Below, one piece after another: positions 19,604-27,981 of a DNA stretch of 36,574 nt. The stretch covers positions 1 through 36,574 of the forward strand of contig CADCQV010000294.1 in the NCBI GenBank assembly GCA_902803625.1, read 5' to 3'. The DNA is from an uncultured Lachnospiraceae bacterium (GTDB lineage: Bacteria; Bacillota; Clostridia; Lachnospirales; Lachnospiraceae). The notes beneath the pieces are model-generated. The model did no database searches and had not been told where the DNA came from. It worked only from the letters and a program-made list of their open reading frames with translations. Numbering within the stretch: the stretch's first letter is position 1; every line of letters starts with the position of its first letter. The position numbers were made by a program, and so were the translations under genes.

Positions 19604-19619
19604 GTTAGTCCTCTCTAAC
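19604..19619. promoter_or_regulatory. Palindromic operator GTTAG-N6-CTAAC, putative DtxR/MntR-family site
   Basis: GTTAGtcctctCTAAC lies just downstream of the feo -10 box and resembles the DtxR/IdeR TTAG...CTAA core. Confidence 0.7.
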
Positions 19620-19621
19620 CT

Positions 19622-19650
19622 GTTATAACTCCGCCCCCTTTTTTTGTCAA
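19622..19650 (-). promoter_or_regulatory. Sigma-A promoter of the feo operon
   Basis: TTGACA (19650-19645), 17-nt spacer, TATAAC (19627-19622). Confidence 0.8.
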
Positions 19651-19771
19651 GATAGTTTGGAACCAAAGTTAAATATTTTTAATTTGAGTTTAAATTGCAG
19701 CGTTTTTGTGGTATCATCCAGAAGAACCTTCCCGATCCTTCGCCAAAAATGGATTATATCAGGAGTAATTT

Positions 19772-20146
19772 ATGAACGTGGAAAAAACCATAGAAGATTA
19801 TCTGGAAGCTATACTTATGATAAAGGAAAAGCAGGGCTATGTGCGTTCCATTGATGTGGCGGAGCATCTCGGGGTCACGAAGCCCAGCGTAACCTATTCC
19901 ACAAAGAGACTTAAGGAAAAAGGGTATCTCACAAGCGACCACGCAGGTATGCTGGTTCTCACGGATTCCGGACTGGAGATCGCAGACAGAACCTATACCA
20001 GGCACAAGACCCTGACAAAGTTCTTTACACAGCTGGGGGTGGATCCGGATGTGGCCAGGGAAGATGCCTGCAAAATAGAGCATGACCTAAGTGAAGAAAC
20101 CTTTCAGGCACTTTGCAGGCACGCAAAGCTGGAGCTCTCGGAGTGA
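19772..20146 (+). CDS. DtxR/MntR-family metal-dependent transcriptional regulator
   Basis: EDYLEAI, HTH VAEHLGVTKPSVT, RH and DACKIEH motifs; AGGAG RBS; divergent from feo. Confidence 0.92.
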   Translation: MNVEKTIEDYLEAILMIKEKQGYVRSIDVAEHLGVTKPSVTYSTKRLKEKGYLTSDHAGMLVLTDSGLEIADRTYTRHKTLTKFFTQLGVDPDVAREDACKIEHDLSEETFQALCRHAKLELSE

Positions 20147-20204
20147 GAGCCACGCTTATGATAAGAGGATCCCGGATCATTGAAAGGAGCGGCATCCGCA
20201 GGTA

Positions 20205-21563
20205 ATGGCAGTCCGAAAAGAAAACAGGATGGGCGTCCTGCCCGTTAAGCAGCTCATCGTATTAATGTCCCTGCCCATGATGATCTCCATGCTGGTGCAG
20301 GCACTGTATAATGTTGTTGACAGTATTTTTGTATCCCAGATAAATGAAAACGCTCTTACGGCGGTCACTCTTGCCTTCCCTATGCAGAACCTGATGATAG
20401 CAGTGGGGAGCGGAACCGGTGTCGGTATCAATGCACTTCTCTCCCGTTCACTCGGCGAGAAACGCTACGACCGCTCGGATGCTGCGGCGAATATGGGAAT
20501 ACTGCTGACCTTTTTCAGCTATATTCTCTTCCTTATAATAGGTATACTGTTTTCCCGCAGCTTTATAATGACCCAGACAGGCGAAAAGGAGATTCTGGAA
20601 TACGGGGCTGTTTATCTTAGGATAGTAAGCTGTCTGTCCATTGGTCTCTTCTTCCAGATGACCTTTGAACGTCTTCTGCAGTCTACCGGCCGGAGCTTTT
20701 ACAGTATGGTCTCCCAGGCAACTGGTGCTATAATCAATATTATCTTTGACCCGATACTGATCTTCGGTCTTTTCGGTTTCCCGAAAATGGGAGTTGCAGG
20801 TGCAGCACTCGCCACCATCTTCGGACAGTCTGTTGCGGCCCTGCTGGGTCTTTTCCTGAATCTGAAATACAACAGTGATATCAGTCTTTCGATAAAGAAG
20901 GTATTGAATATAGACGGTTCTGTGATAAAGGAGATCTATATGGTGGGAATCCCTTCCATATTAATGATATCCATAGGCTCTGTAATGACCTATCTTATCA
21001 ACAGGATCCTTATCGTATTCTCAACCACTGCAGCAGCCGTATTCGGTGCATACTTCAAGCTTCAGAGCTTCTTCTTTATGCCCGTATTCGGTCTGAATAA
21101 CGGGGTTATCCCGGTTCTTGCATACAATTACGGAGCAAGGAAAAAGGAACGCATAAAGGAAACTCTTAAATTCTCCATTACGCTCGCAGTTTGCATTATG
21201 TTAACCGGAACTATCATCTTTGAATTATTTCCCGACAGGCTCCTCGGCTTCTTCAATGCGTCGGAGGAAATGCTTGCGATCGGTATCCCTGCCTTAAGGA
21301 TACTGGGTCTCATATTCCCGTTCGCCGGAGCCTGTATTGCCATGGGCTCCATATTCCAGGCTTTTTCAGAAAGCATATATTCGCTTATAATATCCGTCGG
21401 AAGGCAGCTTGTCCTTCTGATACCCGCTGCCTGGCTTTTGTCCCTTACGGGAGTCGTGGATAATGTGTGGTGGGCATTCCCCATTGCAGAGATCGGCTCC
21501 TTCATACTTTCAACTGTGTTTTTCCGGCGTCTTATGAAAAAAGTATCCGCGGAGCTGTCATGA
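20205..21563 (+). CDS. MATE-family efflux transporter
   Basis: SLPMMISMLVQALYNVVDSIFV and NIIFDPILIFG.FGFPKMGVAGAALAT; about 12 TM segments. Confidence 0.93.
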   Translation: MAVRKENRMGVLPVKQLIVLMSLPMMISMLVQALYNVVDSIFVSQINENALTAVTLAFPMQNLMIAVGSGTGVGINALLSRSLGEKRYDRSDAAANMGILLTFFSYILFLIIGILFSRSFIMTQTGEKEILEYGAVYLRIVSCLSIGLFFQMTFERLLQSTGRSFYSMVSQATGAIINIIFDPILIFGLFGFPKMGVAGAALATIFGQSVAALLGLFLNLKYNSDISLSIKKVLNIDGSVIKEIYMVGIPSILMISIGSVMTYLINRILIVFSTTAAAVFGAYFKLQSFFFMPVFGLNNGVIPVLAYNYGARKKERIKETLKFSITLAVCIMLTGTIIFELFPDRLLGFFNASEEMLAIGIPALRILGLIFPFAGACIAMGSIFQAFSESIYSLIISVGRQLVLLIPAAWLLSLTGVVDNVWWAFPIAEIGSFILSTVFFRRLMKKVSAELS

Positions 21564-22045
21564 ACGATCATTTTAAGCAGGAAATCAGTCTTGTCCTTCG
21601 AAGCAGTGTTTTTTCGAGACTAAAGGGGCAGGAGCATCATATCAATACCACTCTTGACCGGCACATTATCTCGGTAACTCTGGTCTGTGGCAGGATTGCC
21701 TCATTTTTAAGGAGATTCGGAATCCGGCTAAGTGAAGAGGAGCTGATAATCGCGGCCCTTTGCCATGATCTGGGCCTGTCGGACAGACATAATAAGAATG
21801 TTTTCCCGACCCACCGTGATCTGGCGCTTAATCATGGAAAAAGAAGCGTGTATTACGCAAAGGAGATCCTTGGAAAGGATTTTACCGAAATGGAAGAAGA
21901 AATCGTAAGGCAGCATATGTTTCCGATGCTGTCCCCGCCCAGATACTTTGAGGGCTGGATACTGATAACCGCTGACAAATTCTGTACTGTCAAGGATTTT
22001 CTGGGAAGTGCGTTTTACAGTTTACCTTTTCATAAGAATTCTTAA
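21560..22045 (+). CDS. HD-domain protein (putative phosphohydrolase)
   Basis: HH...RH, AALCHDLG, HG..S, QHMFP and ADK motifs; ATGA overlap with the MATE gene sets the start at 21560. Confidence 0.85.
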   Translation: MNDHFKQEISLVLRSSVFSRLKGQEHHINTTLDRHIISVTLVCGRIASFLRRFGIRLSEEELIIAALCHDLGLSDRHNKNVFPTHRDLALNHGKRSVYYAKEILGKDFTEMEEEIVRQHMFPMLSPPRYFEGWILITADKFCTVKDFLGSAFYSLPFHKNS

Positions 22046-22119
22046 GAAATTCTTTTGTTCAAAGACACAAACCGTTTTCAAAGAAATCGATTTTTAGACA
22101 TAGTTTCCCTGTATCATAT

Positions 22120-22213
22120 GTTTCATAAAAGAAATGCGATTTAACTTTTTCATAACTCTCCTAAAAACAGTTAATTACTCCCTCTAAGCCCGCAATTGTG
22201 CCGCGGGCTTTTT
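22120..22213 (+). ncRNA. Candidate csRNA-like small RNA
   Basis: Possible -10 TATCAT (22112-22117); TTTTTCATAACTCTCCT and ACTCCCT motifs; ends in an intrinsic terminator. The 5' end is approximate. Confidence 0.45.
22186..22213 (+). terminator. Intrinsic terminator
   Basis: AAGCCCGC, 9-nt loop, GCGGGCTT, then TTT; lies between convergent transcription units. Confidence 0.8.
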
Positions 22214-22253
22214 GGTTTAAGAAAAACACCGCTGCAGGGAAAAAGAGTATTCC

Positions 22254-23183
22254 TTAAACCTCTTCAAAGAAGGTGTCGGGATTTTCACTGTCAAACTGCT
22301 CGTTCGCAAACATCACCGTTACCAGATCCCTGTCCTTCTCAAGATTGGTAATGCTGTGCGTGTACCCCGGCAGCATTATGACAGCTCTCATATCCTCACC
22401 TCTTACTTCAAAGTTCAATACCCTGTCACTTCCTATCTTCCTCAATCTGATGAGACCGTGACCCGATACAACGATAAATATCTCCCATTTAGTATTATGC
22501 CAATGCTGTCCCCTTGTTACACCGGGCTTTGCAATATTAACGGATACCTGCCCGCAGCTTTCGGTTTTAATCAGCTCACTGAAGACCCCTCTGTTATCCG
22601 TATTCATTTTGACGGGATATGACATCTTTTTTTCGGGAAGGTATGAGAGATAGAGTGAATACAGCTTATAGGAAAAGCTGTCCCGCGGCATTTCCCGGAT
22701 AAAAAGCGTACTGTTCAGCCTGCTGAATGCTTCCAGAGCCTCAATAACAGAATCCACGGTAACCTTATAGGTTTTGGGGAGGATCTCTTCGCCCGTCTTT
22801 CCCTCCAGTGTGTCCAGAACCGTCTTTATCAGATCCTCGATGAAAAGGAGCTCCAGCACCTCTCCGTCAGAATAGCCGGGACGCTCTGCTGCTCCTGCCG
22901 CTGCTTCACAGAGCCTTTGCATAAGGGAGCCCGAATCGTCCCATTTCCCGATTAACATTGGAGTTCTGTAGCAAAGGATCTCTTTTCCTTCGTTTCTAAC
23001 CCGTAAAAAGCTGTCGTCATCGGAAGGCAGGATTATCAGCGTATCCCCTCCTTCAACGTCTGAAACCGAGCTTATCGACAGCTCTGCCCTGCTGCGGTTC
23101 CTTCCGTCGCAGATTGCCTGAAGGTTTTCCAGAAAATTCTTTTTTATAAACCCGTCTTTTCCCAAAACCGAAATCTTCATCAC
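22254..23183 (-). CDS. CapF/WbjC-like protein: intact C-terminal cupin, degenerate SDR domain
   Basis: DNRGVFSELIK, GQVSVNIAKPG.TRGQHWHNTKWE.F.VVSG, PGYTHSITN and NE.FD.ENPDTF; N-terminus VLGKDGFIKKNF is a degenerate Gly-rich motif. Confidence 0.8.
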   Translation of the reverse strand: MMKISVLGKDGFIKKNFLENLQAICDGRNRSRAELSISSVSDVEGGDTLIILPSDDDSFLRVRNEGKEILCYRTPMLIGKWDDSGSLMQRLCEAAAGAAERPGYSDGEVLELLFIEDLIKTVLDTLEGKTGEEILPKTYKVTVDSVIEALEAFSRLNSTLFIREMPRDSFSYKLYSLYLSYLPEKKMSYPVKMNTDNRGVFSELIKTESCGQVSVNIAKPGVTRGQHWHNTKWEIFIVVSGHGLIRLRKIGSDRVLNFEVRGEDMRAVIMLPGYTHSITNLEKDRDLVTVMFANEQFDSENPDTFFEEV

Positions 23184-24010
23184 ACATTCCCTTCATACAC
23201 GTATTCGAGGCTTTCCCTGGCAGCGTCCGCAAGGGTAAAGATAAGCCCCCTGTCCGTTGCTTCTCTGTCCGTCATATTGTACTGCGGGAAAAATCTGGAT
23301 ATGTGGTAAGGGATCTCTTTTCCCTTACCGCCTTTTAGTCCTGCAATCCAGGAGGCAATCTCACGGATCTCCCCGGCTGTATCATTGATGCCCGGAACGA
23401 TCAGCGTCGTGATCTCCATATGACAGCTCTCTGCCGCTTCCTCAATAAAGCTCAGGGTCTGATGGAGGTCTCCCTTAAGAACATCCCTGTATATCTCCTC
23501 CGAAAAGGATTTGAGATCTATATTCATGGCATCGATAAAGGGAAGGATCTCCCGGAGTATCGGTAACTCCGCGGTACCGTTTGAAACCAGCACATTTTTC
23601 ATACCGGCTCTTTTTACGAGACGGGCAGTATCCCGCACAAATTCATATCCCACCAGGGCCTCATTATAGGTATATGCGACCCCTATATTCCCGTTCTTTC
23701 TTTCCCTTTCCGCAACGCTTAAGATCCACTCGGGATCAACCCTGTCAAAACCCCTGTCATCCGTCTGGGATATCTCAAAGTTCTGGCAGAAGGGACAGCG
23801 GAGATTGCAGCCGTAGGAGCCTAAGGACAATATCCGGCTCCCAGGGAAAAACCGGTATAGCGGCTTCTTTTCTATGGGGTCAAGAGCAAGGGAGGTAATA
23901 ACACCGTAATTCTTTGCTTCTATCCTTCCGCCCTTATTGTGTCTCGCCCTGCAGTAGCCTGTCTGACCCTCTTTAAGGTCGCAGTGACGGAAGCATACCT
24001 CACACCTCAT
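23180..24010 (-). CDS. amrS: AmmeMemoRadiSam system radical SAM enzyme
   Basis: N-terminal CEVC.RHC..G.C; DPIEKKPLY.F.PG; CNLRCPFCQN (CxxxCxxC); YTYNE; NIDLK; HISRFFP. Start at ATG 24010. Confidence 0.9.
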   Translation of the reverse strand: MRCEVCFRHCDLKEGQTGYCRARHNKGGRIEAKNYGVITSLALDPIEKKPLYRFFPGSRILSLGSYGCNLRCPFCQNFEISQTDDRGFDRVDPEWILSVAERERKNGNIGVAYTYNEALVGYEFVRDTARLVKRAGMKNVLVSNGTAELPILREILPFIDAMNIDLKSFSEEIYRDVLKGDLHQTLSFIEEAAESCHMEITTLIVPGINDTAGEIREIASWIAGLKGGKGKEIPYHISRFFPQYNMTDREATDRGLIFTLADAARESLEYVYEGNV

Positions 24011-25391
24011 GCCTTGTGACCTCAAAACGCTCCAGCTGCACATCCTTATCATTAACCGGGATACCGGCCTTCTGCTTCGCAATGGCGATCTGCTCCTCAA
24101 CCGTATCCACACCGTCAAGATTCGGAAGTAAAAGGCCCCTCTTCATTCCCTTCGTTACAATGACCCCGTAGCGCTTCACATCCAGTTCATCCTCAGAAGC
24201 TATCTCCTCCGGCTCATCAAGAATGTCCACGCTGTACTCCAGGAAAGGCAGCTCATCCTCTCTCACCGGGGAAAACCTGGGATCCCGGGTGGCTGCACTT
24301 ATGGCATTACTCACGATCTCTTCCGCAATGGAAGCCCTTACGGGAAGAATGGTTCCGATGCATCCCCTCAATGCTCCGCCGATGTGGAGGGACACAAAGG
24401 CTCCGGCTTTTCTCTCAAGCATTTCCGAAGGAAGTCCCTCCGGAAGCTTGTATATTTTCCCGTCCCTGATATAGCTTTCTATAGTTTGACGGGCCAGGCT
24501 GATATACTCATCCTCTGCATTCTTCCTCATTTCAAGCTTCTCCTTTGCGGCAAAATACCACTTATCAAAGAAATTGCGCCCGGGGTCCGCCCCCTTGACC
24601 CGGAAGGTGCATATCCCATAACCTACGCCGGTCACATCCTGATGGGAAAGCCTCTCTATCTCAAGTGATGTCCTGTCAAAGGCTCCGGCCATTATCACAA
24701 AGGAACGGTGGCCGCACTCCGCAGAGTTCTCCAGGAGCTCAGGCTCAAAATCCAATAGTCTCTCAAACTCCCCGCTTCCCATTACATCCATGATCCTTTT
24801 ATCATATTCCGGACCTGCGGGGTCAAAGCCGTATGGACCGTGGACCTGAAGCTTATGGGAAAGATCCCCGCTCGCCACATAGAGAACACGCCTGTCAAGC
24901 TCCTCCGCAGCCTTCTTTATCATCATTCCGAGGCTGTAATGCTCCAAAAGGGAAATCCCCGATATTCCGAGCCTCACAAGCCTGAAATCCTTGTATTTTT
25001 TCAGAATAAAATAAAGCGGTACCATGGTGCCGTGATCAAGCTCGGGGCTTCTCTCTCCCTCAGTACCTGCGGGAAAATTCACCTCGGTACAGAGCTCCAC
25101 GATACGATCCCTGAGCTCCGTGTCATAGTCCACATTCATTCCTGCCCCGGGGGCGTTAAACTGCCGCAGATTTCCTCCGGCTCCGTCCCCCGGACAGATA
25201 TGCAGATAGTCTCCGTACATCACCACATGGGGCGATGACAGGACTATCGTATCGGGCTTTAAGGAGGCAACAAATTCCGCCGCCTTTTCATATGCCCTTG
25301 TGGTCTCCTCTATGACTCTTTCTTCACCCTTTCCCACCTCCGGAACAATGAGGGGAGGGTGAGGCACCATTATACCGCCGATTATTGCCAT
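24000..25391 (-). CDS. amrA: AmmeMemoRadiSam protein A: LigB/Memo-like domain fused to an AMMECR1 domain
   Basis: N-terminal PHPP, SPH, LDHG..VPL, ASGDLSH and ECG; C-terminal GAFVSL....LRGCIGT, DPRF and GLLLP. Confidence 0.9.
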   Translation of the reverse strand: MAIIGGIMVPHPPLIVPEVGKGEERVIEETTRAYEKAAEFVASLKPDTIVLSSPHVVMYGDYLHICPGDGAGGNLRQFNAPGAGMNVDYDTELRDRIVELCTEVNFPAGTEGERSPELDHGTMVPLYFILKKYKDFRLVRLGISGISLLEHYSLGMMIKKAAEELDRRVLYVASGDLSHKLQVHGPYGFDPAGPEYDKRIMDVMGSGEFERLLDFEPELLENSAECGHRSFVIMAGAFDRTSLEIERLSHQDVTGVGYGICTFRVKGADPGRNFFDKWYFAAKEKLEMRKNAEDEYISLARQTIESYIRDGKIYKLPEGLPSEMLERKAGAFVSLHIGGALRGCIGTILPVRASIAEEIVSNAISAATRDPRFSPVREDELPFLEYSVDILDEPEEIASEDELDVKRYGVIVTKGMKRGLLLPNLDGVDTVEEQIAIAKQKAGIPVNDKDVQLERFEVTRHEV

Positions 25392-25414
25392 CTTTCCTCC
25401 TTTGTACGGAAGCT

Positions 25415-26101
25415 TCAGGCAGTCTTTACAACGCCCTCCTGCTGCAGCGCAAGGGCTTTCACGCTGTTCAATGCCTTAGAAACCGCAGGCACGAGAAGGA
25501 TCACAATAGTGAATCCCGCTTCCGCAAAAATATATGCACCGTTATAAGTAAAAGAATACACTGCAGGATTCATTCCCTCGGGGGCATAGTCCGCGAAGAA
25601 GATGAAGCCTGAAAGGAAGGCAAATACAAATCTCCCGATAACACCTATTATATACCCTTTTATCAATCCATGCTTTGCATTATGGAAAATGCCTGAGAGT
25701 CCCAGTGCTCCAAAAGCAAAGATATAATCACAGAACACCTGGGGTACGCTTAAAATGTAGGGATCAGCCACAAGCTGCAGAAGCCCGTACGCAAGGGCTG
25801 CACTGAGTCCGGTCCTTAGTCCGTACCAGTATCCGATCAAGGTGATAAAGAACATGGAAAACAGCGTAATGGACCCGCCCATAGGCATGTGGAAAATCTT
25901 GATAAATGATGTTACATAGGCGAGGGCCATAGCCATGGCAGCAAAAACGAGCCTTTTGGTTCCCGTTCTCACTCTGGTTGTTGAAGAAGAAACGTAGCAG
26001 GCAAGAAGCAGCAGCAATATCATCAGCACTATGATAGCTGTGTAGCCCGCTCCTGTAAGTGAATAACTTCCGTCTTCTGTGAGTGTTGCAAAAATAGACA
26101 T
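25415..26101 (-). CDS. thiT: Energy-coupled thiamine transporter (ECF S component)
   Basis: MPMGGSIT, Q..CDY..AF, GRF...FLSG.IFF..YAP.G and YS..YN motifs; upstream TPP riboswitch. Confidence 0.9.
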   Translation of the reverse strand: MSIFATLTEDGSYSLTGAGYTAIIVLMILLLLLACYVSSSTTRVRTGTKRLVFAAMAMALAYVTSFIKIFHMPMGGSITLFSMFFITLIGYWYGLRTGLSAALAYGLLQLVADPYILSVPQVFCDYIFAFGALGLSGIFHNAKHGLIKGYIIGVIGRFVFAFLSGFIFFADYAPEGMNPAVYSFTYNGAYIFAEAGFTIVILLVPAVSKALNSVKALALQQEGVVKTA

Positions 26102-26135
26102 AAAAAAACCTCCTTAAAAAATGCGCACGGAGGGG
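26102..26135 (-). terminator. Riboswitch expression platform: SD-overlapping hairpin followed by a U-run
   Basis: On the minus strand CCTCC pairs with the GGAGG RBS, followed by T7 and then ATG. Confidence 0.55.
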
Positions 26136-26161
26136 TAAACGACATCAAAAAAAATGTCTCT

Positions 26162-26263
26162 GCTTTCCTACGCCGGTATTATCCGGTTCAGGTTCAAGGG
26201 TCCCCGTTTTTTGCCGGATATCCGGCCATCCACAGGTTCTCAGCGAAAGCTCCCCCAGCGTTC
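26162..26263 (-). ncRNA. TPP riboswitch
   Basis: Minus strand reads GCTGGGGGAGCTTTCGCTGAGA...GACCCTTGAACCTGAACCGGATAATACCGGCGTAGGAAAGC, matching the THI-box consensus. Confidence 0.95.
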
Positions 26264-26278
26264 CTAAGTTTCGGCATT

Positions 26279-26307
26279 ACTATAGCCGTTTTATGACTTC
26301 AGGTCAA
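26279..26307 (-). promoter_or_regulatory. Sigma-A promoter for the TPP leader/thiT
   Basis: TTGACC, 17-nt spacer, TATAGT just upstream of the aptamer. Confidence 0.7.
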
Positions 26308-26387
26308 GCATTTTGTCAGGTTTTCATTGAAAACGCACCGGAAGTATGTTATTTTTGTTACTGTTCGAAAGGAACGGTACGGATACT

Positions 26388-27422
26388 ATGGAAATGCCGA
26401 TGGAATTCATACGGAAGCTGCCGACTCCCATGGAGCTTAAGGAACAGTTTCCCGTAAGTCAGGAATTAAGCAAAATTATAGACAGACGCCTTGAAGAGAT
26501 AAAGGCTGTTTTTGAAGGAAAGGATGACCGCTTTCTCCTTATAATAGGCCCCTGCTCCGCAGACAATGAAGAAGCCGTTATGGACTATCTCACAAGACTT
26601 GCGGGAGTTTACGAAAAGGTCAGGGAAAAGATACTGATCATACCCAGGGTCTATACAAATAAACCCCGGACCAAGGGTACGGGCTACAAGGGCATGCTGC
26701 ACCAGCCTGATCCCGAAGGAAGCGAGGATCTCCTGGCCGGCATAATCGCCATAAGAGAGATGCACACCAGGGTAGTGCGTGAAACCGGCTTTACCTGTGC
26801 CGAGGAAATGCTCTATCCCGAAAACCACCGCTATCTGTCGGATCTTCTGTCCTATGTGGCAGTAGGAGCGAGATCGGTTGAAGACCAGCTTCACCGGATC
26901 GTTGCCAGCGGAATCGGCATTCCCGTGGGAATGAAAAATCCCACCGGCGGCGACATCACGGTTATGATGAATTCCATTTCCGCAGCACGGAGCAGACAGA
27001 AATTCCTCTACAGAGGCTGGGAGGTAAAGACCGAAGGCAATCCTCTTGCCCACGCGATCTTAAGAGGATATGTGGATGCCTACGGTATTAACCATCCGAA
27101 TTACCACTATGAAGACCTCCGGACACTCATAAAAAGCTACAAGGACAACGGACTTGACAATCCTTCCGTTATCATAGACTGCAATCACGCCAATTCGGGG
27201 AAAAAGTACCTAGAGCAGATCCGTATCGCAAAGGACGTGATCCACAGCCGTCATGTATCAAAAACCATAAGAGAAGTCGTAAAGGGTCTGATGATAGAAA
27301 GTTATATAGAGGACGGCTGCCAGAAGATCGGTGAGGGTGTGTACGGAAAATCCATAACAGACCCCTGCCTCGGCTGGGAAAAAAGCGAGAGGCTCATTCT
27401 GGAGCTGGCTGAAATCCTATGA
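26388..27422 (+). CDS. 3-deoxy-7-phosphoheptulonate (DAHP) synthase, class I-alpha
   Basis: IIGPCS, KPRT..G.KG, VGARS, GMKN, ILRG, DCNHANSGK, G.MIES and GKSITDPCLGW. Start uncertain (26388, 26394 or 26400). Confidence 0.93.
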   Translation: MEMPMEFIRKLPTPMELKEQFPVSQELSKIIDRRLEEIKAVFEGKDDRFLLIIGPCSADNEEAVMDYLTRLAGVYEKVREKILIIPRVYTNKPRTKGTGYKGMLHQPDPEGSEDLLAGIIAIREMHTRVVRETGFTCAEEMLYPENHRYLSDLLSYVAVGARSVEDQLHRIVASGIGIPVGMKNPTGGDITVMMNSISAARSRQKFLYRGWEVKTEGNPLAHAILRGYVDAYGINHPNYHYEDLRTLIKSYKDNGLDNPSVIIDCNHANSGKKYLEQIRIAKDVIHSRHVSKTIREVVKGLMIESYIEDGCQKIGEGVYGKSITDPCLGWEKSERLILELAEIL

Positions 27423-27430
27423 TATATCAA

Positions 27431-27525
27431 GGGGACGGTTCCATCGTGAAACCGTCCCCAAACCCTTGCGTGGCAGCATCCCACATCTTCGATGTGGGAT
27501 ATGCGTCGCTTCGCTCAGGATGACA
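27431..27525. repeat. Cluster of three palindromic elements between convergent genes
   Basis: GGGGACGGTT...AACCGTCCCC (27431-27459); ATCCCACATC-TTC-GATGTGGGAT (27478-27500); partial REP TCGCTTCGCTCAGGATGACA (27506-27525). Confidence 0.85.
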
Positions 27526-27533
27526 CCCGGGTA

Positions 27534-27968
27534 TTATATTTCCGCGATATTTTCCTGATCCACCAGATGGAAGCCCCCCAGCTCCAGCGTGGATTCCGCC
27601 CTGTCTATGTGTGCAACCTTCATTATGAGAAAGGCCTTATTGACTTCCTTCCCCCCAAGAAATGCATACATATATTCAAGATTTACCTGGGCTGCGGAAA
27701 GCGTCTTCAAAACCTTATTCAGTCCCCCGGGTACATCCGGTATCTCAACCGCCAGAACATCACTAAGGCGGTTTACAAATCCCGCATCCTTTAATACCGT
27801 GGTGGTCTCATAGACATCATCCACTATAAGCCTTGCTATCCCGAAGTCCTCGGTCTCCGCCACGGAAATAGCCCTCATGTCGATATTGTTCTTTGCCAGC
27901 ACATCCGTCATTTCTTCAAGGGTGCCGGGTTTATTTTCCATAAAAACCGAAATCTGCTTAATACTCAT
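27534..27968 (-). CDS. ACT-domain protein
   Basis: KQISVFMENKPG.L, D.PGGL and N.EYMYAF (tandem ACT); start at ATG 27968 after GAGGAGG. Confidence 0.9.
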   Translation of the reverse strand: MSIKQISVFMENKPGTLEEMTDVLAKNNIDMRAISVAETEDFGIARLIVDDVYETTTVLKDAGFVNRLSDVLAVEIPDVPGGLNKVLKTLSAAQVNLEYMYAFLGGKEVNKAFLIMKVAHIDRAESTLELGGFHLVDQENIAEI

Positions 27969-27981
27969 TAGATCGCCCTCC

